The notes below the pieces were generated by a model that saw only the letters and a program-made list of their open reading frames with translations, made no database searches and was not told the DNA's origin. A program made the translations under genes and the position numbers. 64,000 nucleotides of DNA from Octopus sinensis. Taxonomy: Eukaryota. Positions 11,086 to 23,000 of the stretch are shown piece after piece. Where the stretch lies: NCBI RefSeq assembly GCF_006345805.1, contig NC_042997.1:207886001-207950000 (forward strand). Reading direction: 5' to 3'. Every line of letters begins with the position of its first letter. Within the stretch, counting starts at the first letter, position 1.

Positions 11086-14000
11086 GCTAAAGTAAGCACT
11101 GTTACAGCAACAAATGTAAAAGATGGAAAAGAAATTGCTGTCAACACCATGAATACTAATTCCACAATCGTTAACAGCCCTGTCATCACCACCACCACCA
11201 AGACTACCACGTCTACCACTGCCACCACCACAACAACCCTTAATAACAACAGCAACAACAACAACACTATCGCTACAATTGTGCCTATTGATTCCCATAA
11301 ACTGATTATCTCACCTATTACTGGTGAAGATCTTAATACTATTAATAAAAATATACCATCCACTGTTTCTACTATCACCACTACAAACATTACCACCACC
11401 AACAACAACAAAAAGAGCACCATGGTTGCTAAACCAATTGCTCCAAGCAATGCCTGTACACCATCAACTAAAACTATTGACGCCAATTTTGCTGCAACAA
11501 TCGCCAACACCATCACCAACAACAATACAAAGAAAAATTCAATAAATTTTGTAGATATGTTAAAGCATCATCATCATCATCATCATCATTTAGCGTCCGC
11601 TTTCCATGCTAGCATGGGTTGGACGGTTTAACTGGGGTCTGTGAAGCCGGAAGGCTTCATTAGGCCCAGTTAGATTTTGCAGTGTTTCTACGGTGGATGC
11701 CCTTCCTAACGCCAACCACTTCGCGAGTGTAGTGGGTGTTTTTACGTGCCACCTGCACAGGTGCCAGACAGAGCTGGCACAACGGCCACAAAAGGATGGT
11801 GCTTTTACGTGTCACCGGCACGGGGCCAGGCGATGCTGGCAACGGACACGAACGGATGGTGCTTTTACGTGCCACCAAAAGGGGCCAGACAGAGCTGGCA
11901 AACGGCCACGAGCGAATGGTGCTTTTACGTATCACCGACACGGGTGCCAGACGAGGCTGGCAGCGGACACGGATATATGATTTGATTTTGATTGTTCTCA
12001 CTGGTCTTGCCGGGTCTTCTCACGCACAGCATACTTCCACAGGTCTCGGTCTCTGGTCATTTCCTTGGTGAGACCTAGAGTTCGAAGGTCGTGCTGAAGG
12101 AAATTGTACATTCACAAATGAAGAATTACTTGAGACCAGGTCACTCTTCACAACATCTGGACAAAACTTAATCTTATACACACCACAACACATTAGAGAG
12201 GACGTTGAAAAAAGGACAATTATGTACAAAATAATTAAAAGAAACCCCAAATCAACAGAACAAGTTGCACAAACAGCTATAGAAAAATGTGCTAAACTCA
12301 TAATGAAAATCAAAGAATATATAAACTGGGGTCCCCATATAATATCGTGCAGGTCCACTTCCACAATCAGGAAGAGGTAAAACAGCATTCTACACAACCA
12401 TTACAAAATGATGAACTTGTCATGGTCTCATACTACATGGGACAAAGAGTCAGCAGGATAAAAATAAAGAATGTCCCACCCGAAATTGAATCAAAATGGA
12501 TCATGTCAGCGATATGTTTTCATTTGAAAACAATAAACCTTATAGAAATCGCTGTTTCTCATAATGAAAATTGGACCGGCAGATCAATTGAAATCACAAT
12601 TCAAATGGACCAAGATTCAATCGAAAAATTGTTAAATGTGATCCAACTTGATGGAAGGGAAAAAACTGCGTTGCTATTACTACTGCTGCTATCAGAATTT
12701 ACTGCTGCTGCTACTACCGCTGTCTGAATTATACCGGTGGCACCAATGAAAAATCCCTTTCTTTCTCTGCGTTGGGAGAAAAGAGAATTTACAGTAAAAA
12801 CAAACCCTCAGCCCTCCCTCCACGTCAAATGATATTTAACTGTGTGGAATCTCCCTAACAAGTGTGTGCATTATAAACACACCAACCATTGACTCCTTAC
12901 ATCTCTTGATTACACATATAATTGCATCTTGTATACACACATACAATGGGGAAAGTGAAAACAGTTAACAGCAATAACAACAACAAATAATATCTTATTT
13001 ATCTCCCTAACAAGTGCTATATCTTCAGTTTTTTCTTTCTTTCTTTCTTTCTTTCTTTACCTTTTGTACTACGGTACGGATGGGCAGACAGAACAAAACT
13101 GTCACGTTGTCATCCGTGGATGAGCCATGCGACAAAACTGGTCGCTGTCCCAATATAGAGCGTTGCCCAACAAATCACATCTGTCATCTATGCACAGGAC
13201 TCGAAAATTCCTTCCGAAATAGATGGTTGAATGCAGTAAATGTCGTGTTTCGATCTGCTTTCAATGAGCCACAAACTTTCAAAAGATCCCAGCTGTTAAA
13301 AAAAGGACACCATACTTCTATGATGGATAAACTCTGGGAAATGGTCAGCTACCAAACTGGTCATTTCAGTGCCTAACTTGTGTCCCCTGCCACCGTTGCT
13401 GCTGAACAGCAACAACAAAACCCGACAACCGTGTCTTCCTCTGCCATTGCTGCTGAACAGCAACTAAAACCGACTACTATGTCTCCTAATACCATTTCTG
13501 TTGATAAAGAACAACAGCAAAAACTAAAGCCGCCCGTGTCTTCCTCCCCTGTCACTCTTCAACAGCAGCAACAAAAATCGGCCATTCATGTTGAAGAACA
13601 ACAAAAACAGAAACTTGAACCCCTTATGTCTTCCTCCCCTATTGCTCTTCGACAACAAAAATTGATCATTCCAGCTGAAGTACATCAGCAGGAACAAAAA
13701 CCAACCATGCCCTCCTCCCCTGATGCTTCCTAACTAAAACAGAGATTGACCATCAGCACAGAAGTTGCAGAAAATAGACAAATGATTTCTGCTTTGAGTC
13801 GTGAAGTAGCAGGACTCAGAACCAGTGTCTGTCCGAAAACTCGCAGCGAAGGGTCATATCGGAGTGCCCTGCTCAGCAACTTACCTGTAGCTCGTACAGA
13901 ACCTCAACGCATCGAGGGAGTTGCTGAACCAGCCACTCATGAATTAATAGCCATTGGAGTGCCAGAAGATGTGGCAGATCTGCAGGCATTCATTGGAATC

Positions 14001-17000
14001 ACAGCTAGGGATCTCAGCTGTGTCCCTCCAAAAAGTGCTTCCCACCTTGGCCGACCGGGATCCAAACCCAGGCTGATCAGGCTGTTGTTTACGGGCTTTA
14101 CTGAGGCGCGGACATTCCATCTGGCTGCTGACAGAGCTCGGCGTGACAACATTATCAACTTTAGAACACGTCCTGGCCTACCACCCGATGTACGCCCAAA
14201 GCTAAGATCTGTGGCTTCCCTAAATCGCAACTCTGTGCCACGGGAGAGTTTTAGCCTCCGCGATGATGGGCAGATCTGGAAATTTGTCAAGTCTGGTGAA
14301 TCGTGGATAAGGGATGCCAGTTGGACTGAGCAGACTACACCCACAACAACAACTGGTAATACAAAAATCTCGGGAAACTAACCAAGAACAATCAGCCATC
14401 CCCTGTATATCATCATCTGAAATTCAGATATAAACTGCTGTCCTTGAATGCCCGTAGTTTATGCAACAAGGTGCATCTTTTTGTCTCCTACGTCAAAAGT
14501 ATCAACCCAGATTTCATCACAGTCACGGAAACATGGGCACACTCTGCACTCTGTGATGGAGTTTTCAGCATAGCCGGCTACAACCTGTTCCGCAAAGATC
14601 GCATTCATCGCCGTGGAGGGGGTGTGATGATTTATGTTCGATCAAGTCTATCGGCAATCTCCTGTGATGATTTGAACCAATCTCAGCAGGAGGTATTTTT
14701 CTGCAATATACACATGACCATGTCAACACTTCTGCTCGGAGTTGTTTACCGTCCTCCAAATTATCATCAAGACGCACAGCTTTTCGATATCCTCAGAGCT
14801 GCTGCCATGAAAACAGCCACATATGTGTATATTGCGGGGGACTTCAATTTCCCTGAGATTGACTGGGAGGCCTTCCGTTGGCCGCAAAGTGCAGACGATT
14901 TCCTTGAACTGGTGCTGAATTCAAATTGGTCCTAAGTTGTTACCTCCCCCACAAGGGGTAACAACACTTTGGATCTGCTACTTACCGCTTCTCCTGAAAC
15001 AATCATTAGTGTCACTACCGAAGAACCTTTAGGTGACTCTGATCATTCCATGATCATGGCCGACTTGTCTCTGATTGGTTGTAACAAAAATCACAACCAT
15101 CTTCAAACTGCCCGCTTTAACTGGAATAAAGCAGACTGGAGCTCTTATTGTACTGAGCTGCAACGACCAAACTGGCTCGAATTTTATGCCTCTGGAGATG
15201 TGGACACTATACTCCAGAACACTAAACTGAATTCAATATGGGCAGCATGTGCAGCATCAGTACCACGCAAGCACAAAAAACCACCAAATAGTGCAATTTG
15301 GGAGACTGCAGCAGTCCGACTTGCCAGGAAAGAACGCCGTAATGCTGAACGGGAATACAAATTGCACAAATCAGAGAGCAACAGAAAAAAGCGCAATAGG
15401 TCAGCCAACCACCTCAAGCAGGTGACAAAAAAGGCAGTGCTTGAATTTGAACAACGCATTGCAGCTAACCTGACAGCAAAGTGTTCTGGAAGTATGTGCA
15501 CTCAAAGCAGAGACCCCACTCTCCAGTTGGTCCCCTTCGCAATCCCCACACAGGACAGATTACTGGCAATCCCGAAGAATGTGCAGAAATCATTGCTGGA
15601 TGCTATGCCGGCATCTTTACTGTCGAAGACCAAAATGTTCCATCATCATCACCACTGACATCGGACTCTATATCTACTATGCAATTTACACCAGCAATGC
15701 TGCAACGCCACCTTAAGAATAAACGCAATTATGCCTCTCCTGGTCTCGATGGTGTTACATACCTACTTCTCAAATGCGGTGGGTACTTTCTGCTAAGCCA
15801 AGTTTCTCTATTCTTCCAATTCTGTCAGGACAATGGTGTTACTCCAGAACAGTGGAAACCTGCCAGTGTCATCCCTCTGTTCAAAAAAGGCGACCGCACA
15901 TCACCTGTCAACTATTGCCCCGTCAGTCTTACTAGCTGCATCGCCAAACTGATGGAATCCTGTATCAGAGAAACCCTCTGGAACTTCTGGAAGTCTCACA
16001 GCCTCATCCAGCCGTCACAATTCGGATTTATTCCTAACTCCAGCTGCTGTAATCAACTCATCGAGTTTCTTGAGGATGTTACCCAAATCACTGATCGCGG
16101 ATCCTGGGTGGATGTTGTTTACCTGGACTTTGCTAAGGCTTTTAACTCTGTGCCACACAAAAGACTTATGGTGAAGCTCTCTGCATTGGGCGTAAGAGAC
16201 AAACTCTATAACTGGTTGAAGTCCTTTATTTTCAGCCGAAAAGAGGTTGTCACAGTTCTAGGACAGCACTCTTCACCCTATGAGATGACATCTGGTGTAC
16301 CACAGGGATCTGTTCTTGGCCCCCTTTTATTTGTTGCATATGTTAATGACATAGATGCCAACTTAAAGAATGCCAAAGTGCTGAAATATGCAGATGACAT
16401 CAAGCTGTACCTCCAAATAAAGAGGTCAAATCCTGTACACTATAGATCTCTATTGCAAGCAGACCTGGACACAATGCAGCAGTGGATCATGGACTGGCAA
16501 CTCAAGCTGGCTGTGGACAAATGTACCACCATGCATTTTGGGAGGAGAAACCCAGCGTCCACCTACTCCCTCCACAACACTAGTCTAAAAAAGTCTTCAT
16601 GTGAACGTGACCTGGGTGTTATTGTCGACAGTGATTTGCGTTGGACAAAACACATCGCTAAAATTGTCAGCAACAACAACAACATCAAAATTATCACAAA
16701 GCTGTCCACCATGACCTCTACCAAAGACATTACTGCCAACAACAACACTACTACTGCAACTTCTACTGCTACAACTACAACCTCTGCTACCACCACCACC
16801 ACCACCACCATCAATGACAACAACAACAACAAAACAAATTTCGCTGAAGTTCTACAGCAAAAGAAAACAATTGTCACATTCACTGCCCAGCAAATTAATG
16901 AAGCAAAAGCACTTCTTAGTAAAGAAGGATCAAATTTATGTCTACGCATTCCTAAGAACATTATAGAACACACACAAAAAAGAACAATTATTTACAAAGT

Positions 17001-20000
17001 AATAAGCACAAAAACAAGAAGACCAGAAAATGCACCACAACAGACAATTGAAAAATGCCTTCGCCCTATATGGGCATGCAAAGAATATGTGAACTGGTGG
17101 CACAAATATGGTACAGTTCAAGTCCAATTTCAAACTGAAGATCTGCCCAAATGGTTCTCAACACTAACTCTCCACACAGATGAGTTAGTGATGATAACGA
17201 CATATCTCCACCAAAGAGTGACAAAAGTCACAATAAAATAATGTGCCTCCAGAAATAGATACACAATAGCAAATATCTGCCATCTGTTTTGAAATGGAGG
17301 AGAGCAACATACTGGAAATTGCTGTAATGGATGGGTAAGGCGATCGAAATCCTGCTACAAATCGATCAGGAATCTATCAACAAAATTCCAAATTCCACTG
17401 AACTAACAGACGACCACAAACTATATATAGTGGCAGAAGGCAGGAGGCGATGCTGTTATCTGTGTAACAGTGAAATGCATTTAAAAGTAAGTGTCCAACT
17501 GCCACAAAACAAGAACAACAATCACCACCACAACATGAAAAATTTGAAAAAAGGTCTACAACCCACACCACCATCAACACAAAAGATAAACAACAAAGGG
17601 AGTACAACAAAAGAAACACACCAACCAAACCCACCACCAATTGAGAAATCAACAGCACCAGGAAAAACATCACCAACAACAGCAAGAACTACAGAAACAG
17701 AAAAGCAAAGAGAAAATAGAAAAACTGATTCCCCTTCCCCTATATCACATACACCACACACAAACAATCAACAACCAGCAGCAATGAAAACAATAACACA
17801 ACCACTTACACAAACATGCATAGATGCATACACAATATGCCCTTACTCTCTTCCAATTCCTCAGAAATTTTGTCAGAACACCAAAGCAGTGAGGAATGGC
17901 AAAGAGCCAGAAAAAGAAGGAGGAGGAGGAGCAAGAAAAGAACAAAACCAAACGCAAATAAAACTGGCAGGTATACAACTCCCGAAAACATTTTGAACAC
18001 TAGCTCAAACACCACCAACACCACAAAAACATATGCAGCAACGATGCTCACAGCCATCAACATGAGAAATACAGAGTTGATGGAATACATTAATACAAAA
18101 GCAAACTTGACACACAAAGACATCAAAACAAGCAATCACCCAAACACAACATCACCAGAACACATTAAAATATTGCATATCACACCAACCCTGCACCACA
18201 GACTAATTACTATTACTATTGTAATCTCCTTGAGGAAAAACCTAAGGAGGAGACACAAAAACTTTCGAATGGTAAGTAAGTCTCTATTCCTTTCATTTGT
18301 GTTTTAAAACACACACACACACTTCATTAGTATTATGATCAAGATTGGTTGTGTAAATGCTTGAGATTCCCTTGGAAACAAGGGTACCTCTTAAATGACA
18401 TAAAGTCTCATGATTTAGATATCATAGCCACAAGTGAGACCAGACTCCATAATCACGGGCCCTAAAGTCCATATTTAGCGGACAGTTAAACATTTATTTT
18501 TCTCCCTCTCTACCTAGAATAGGCAGTAGTGGCATGATGGTACTTTTGCGCAAGAGTCTGGATCTCGAAATAAATACAATATTTGTAGAGCTGGAGGGTA
18601 GACTGGTTGTCCTGGATGTTGGCAGCATCAGTGGGTGTGCTTTTCAACTCATATCAGTCTATGAAGTGCCTTTAACAGGTCAGCTGGATTTCTTTTGACG
18701 TCAAGAAGTATTTCTAGGAACATCTCATCCTTTACTTTTAGTGCACGATTAGAATGCTACCTTGGACATGCATCTAGACTATGTAGGGACTGATAGGAAT
18801 AGATGGGGATGCAAAAGCCTGAGTGACCTGCTCAGACACTTCCGACTATTGGACAGGTACTGACTCGACCACCTGAATGCACCAATGTGAACATGGAGCA
18901 ACCGCATTGAGTCGTCCAGATTGTATCTAGATAGAATACTGTGTAGGACAGTCGATAGAGATAGTGTAGGGTGTCCACAACTCCACATAGTCAGCTACAC
19001 AGATCACAAACTTGTGACGTGCACACTAGACTCAGATAAGGCACATAGGCAGGGTCCTGGTTACTGGAAACTGAATGCGTCTTTCCTGTCAAGACAGGTT
19101 TATAGAGACTGGATTAGCATGCTAATGAAGAGGGCTTTGATGGGAGCCATCATCAACAACAAATGATGGTTTGTCCTCAAGAGATCAATAAAAGCCAAAT
19201 CAATTAGGTATAGCAAAGCGCTAGTGATAGATAGAAACAAAATAGAGGGTGACCTAGTTAAGAAACTAGAAGAGGTGATTAGAAGTGATTAGCTCTGACA
19301 AATTGCCAAACACGAAGGATGCAGACTAGGATGCATGCTCTAAGAAACAAAGGTGTTGGAGCCACGTGAGAGGCCCAGATCGTGGAGGCGCAACAGGCTA
19401 ACAAAGCCATCATTTGATCTCTGATGGATGAACAAGGGCATGAATTATTCGAGGCTAGTAAAATGTGTGAGGCCTTTCAGCAGCACCTTGCTCGTCTGTT
19501 TGAGACAAGTAGCGAGCTAGAACACAGAGTGAACTTCAGTTCCTACCTGTACAGCTTGCCAGGGCCCTCAGCAAGAGAGGCAGAATGTTGTGAAGGTGCC
19601 ATCACAGCAGCAGATGTGTGGGATATGATGGCAGAGTGCTTGAGGGACAAATTGCTGAGTTTGGATGGTCTGCCCTATGAGCTTTACAGTTGTATGCCAG
19701 ACTTGTTTGGAGGCATATTGGGAGCATCCCCAGTTTTGTGAGCCAAGCAGCCATAACACTGCTAAAGAAAGACCCAAACAAGGGGGACGTAATAGATAAC
19801 TTTAGGCTCATCACTCTGCTTAATGCAGATTTGAAGATTTTGGCCAAGGTGCTAACCAAGAGGTAGGTACTTGTCATTGAGAAACTGGTTGACAAGACGC
19901 AAACATGCACCATGCCGGACCAGAGCACCCATGACAACCTCCACCTCATGCGCTACATAGACAGGTTAGTTAAGAACCTGGCATGGGTGGGGCACCAATC

Positions 20001-23000
20001 TCAAATCATTCCAATACCCAAAAAGGCGATTTATCCCTCATCACCAACTACAGGGGTATATCTCTAATGTCAATTGCTGCAAAACTGTACAACAAACTGA
20101 TCCTAAATCGTCTTGTCCTTTTTGTTGAACCTTTGCTCCGAAAGAACCAAAATGGATTCAGACATGGGCGCTCAACGCTGAGCCAGATACTATGCCTACG
20201 CAGACTTATTGAAGAATCAAAAGCATTTAATCGCGATCTTGCAATGGTATTTGTAGACTTTTCTAAAGCGTTCAATTCTGTAGATAGGTACAAGATGTTT
20301 GAAATCCTTAAGCTCTATGGGATACCAGACAAAATCATTTCTGCCATCAAGGTCCTCTACACAGATACGTCTTCAACCATCTTAACCCCTGACGGAGAAA
20401 CATCATCTTTCTCAATCAAAGCCGGAATACTGCAGGGAGACACACTCGCCCCATTTCTTTTCATCATTGTTGTTGATTATGTGCTACGTATGTCAGTTGA
20501 TACCATCTCTGGCAAGGGCTTTGAAATAAAACCAAGAAGAAGTTCCAGACACCCAGCTGAGTACTTGACAGACACTGACTTTGCTGACGACATCGCTCTT
20601 ATCAGTGATTCTCTCTCCAATGACCAGTCTCTTTTACAATCTCTCGAACAAGCCTCAAATTGTGTAGGTCTTTACCTCAATGAGGCCAAAACTGAATATA
20701 TAAACAAGTGCCTGTCCAACAGTGATTGCATCATCCACACTCTCAACAATGCACCCTTAAATATGGTTTCTGATTACAAATATCTTGGGTCATACATATC
20801 ATCATCTGGAAAATATTTTCTAACTAGAAAGGGTATGGCCTGGTCAGCCTGTAATGACATGCATAAGATCTGGTCATCAAATCTAAGTAGAGACTTCAAA
20901 CTTGAAATATTCAAAGCCACAGTCGAACCAATTCTACTATATGGCTCAGAAACCTGGACGTTATCAAAGAAGCTTGAGAGGCGGTTGGATGGAACCTACA
21001 CTCGCCTCCTTATGAGAGCTCAAAATCTCTCGTGGAAGTGCCATCCAACCAAAATGCAAATATATGAGAAACTACCACCTGTATCATCTCTTGTGAAAGG
21101 TAGGAGAGTCCAGTTTGCTGGACATTGTTGTAGAGCTGAAAAAGAAGTAATTTCTACTCTTCTCCTCTGGAAGCCATCTACTCGCAATACCAGAGGGCGC
21201 ACACTCTCCTACCCTGATGTAATCTCCAGGGATACAGGCATCCAGCAACAGGACCTCCATAATGCTATGATGGACCGTGAAGTCTGGCGTAACATAGTAA
21301 ATTCCATTGTCTCGACCACGGTCGAACAATGATAATGATGATGGGTGGGGCACTGATCAATTTAGATCACTCCAAGGCTTTCAATAGGGTAGACCATCGA
21401 TACTTGGAGGCTGTCCTCATAGTGGCTGGTTTCGGTCCCGTCTTCTGCAAATGGATCACTGCCTTATACAAAGGCATCCATTCACTAATTTGTATGAATG
21501 GGCATCTATCAAGACCATTCAACACTGCATGTTCAGTCCATCAGAGATGCCTTCTCTCTTCGCTTCTGTACGTATTGACCCCCGAGCCACAACTGCAGAA
21601 ACTGGTGATACTGAGGGGCATCCCAAGAGAATTGGGATGCAGGATGAGCATGTACACATACACGGATGATGTCACCATCATAGTGTCTAGCCATGACCAC
21701 ATCGAGCTGGTTGGCGAGACACTGAAAGACTACAAATGGTAACAGGAGTGAAGATTAACCGGGAAAATTCAGTGGGCTTGCAGCTTGGCACCTGATGAAG
21801 CAAGCCCATGCTGTCATGGGATGCTGTACTGACAGTCCAGTCAAATTGCTCAGGGTCTGGTTGGTCCAGACCTCCAAACAGAGAACTGGGACGAGATAAC
21901 AAGTAAGGTGGTCACTCTCACCTAGCAATGGGCCGAGAGGAAGCTGTCCCTAGAAGGTTGGGTGGAGGTGGCGAACACGTACATCGCGTCCGTCATCTAC
22001 TACCCCTGACCATCGTGCCTTGTCCCGACCCTACCATCACCAAACTAGAATGAATCGTTAATGATGCACAGTCTCGTGCTGAGACTGCGACATCTCCAGC
22101 TCTATGTAGATGATAGTGAATAGGCGTGGTCACCATTTGTGAAGCGCACTTTCCCACACCTCATCTCCATGACCGAACTGCAACCATGGATAAAGAAGAG
22201 ACTGAGGAAGGGCAAATGGCACCGTGAGTGTTGTGTTGCTCCCAAGCAACTCTGTCAGTCTGTCTATCTATCTATCTTTCTTTATCTATCTATCTATTAC
22301 TGTTTCTATCTCAAGCTCTCTCCAATACACAACTAAACTTGACACTTACAGGCACTGTCCAACTTGGATTCCTTCATTGACTCATTTCAGTAATACAGTT
22401 CAATTCTTTTATCTTTTTCTTGTTTCAGTCATTAGACTACAGCCTTGCTGAAGCAATACCTTGAAGAATTTTTACATGAACTAATTGATCTTTTAAGACA
22501 GATGCTTGTTTTAACATGTCATTTGCCAGACAGCAAAGTTATGGGGACTTAAACAAACCAACATGGGTTCTTGAGTGGTGTATTCTGGGACTGACACAGC
22601 CACAAAGACACACATACACACTTGTGTATATGTATGATGATGATTATCATGATCATGATGATCATCATTGTTTAAACGTCCACTTTCCTGCTGGCATGGT
22701 TTGACTGAGGGCTGGAGAGCCAGAAGGCTGCACCAGGCTCCAATCTGACCTGGCAATGTTTCTACAGCTGGATGCGCTTCCTAACGCCAACCACTCCGAG
22801 AGTGATATGTGGATGCATTTTACGTGCCACAGGCACAGAAGCTGGTCAAGCGGTCCTGGCATCCATCACGTTCAGATAGTGCTTTTTATGTGCTACTGGC
22901 ACAGGAGCCAGTCAGAAGGTACTGGTATCAGTCACATTGGGGTGATGCATTTTATGTGCCACTGGAATGGAAACCAGTCATGGGGCACTGGCCACAGCTG

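Noticed and set aside
11149-11631. ORF with a poly-His tract
   Set aside because: The His run is the reverse-strand (GAT)n tail of an RTE insertion fused to Tx1 ORF1.
11720-11980. Regularly spaced ~60-bp repeats with hairpins that resemble a CRISPR array
   Set aside because: There are no unique spacers and no cas genes; the array is internal to the RTE 3' UTR in a eukaryotic intron.
5356-22290. Microsatellite target specificity of the Tx1-like copies
   Set aside because: The 5' flanks are (CA)n but the 3' flanks are (CTAT)n, and no TSD was found, so a single target repeat is not supported.
22437-22540. Plus-strand exon-like helix [34 protein letters not shown] after a polypyrimidine tract, and minus-strand [11 protein letters not shown] resembling a macro 3 start
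   Set aside because: The plus-strand donor is weak with no partner exons; the minus-strand frame has no usable acceptor and stops soon after. Not supportable without RNA data.
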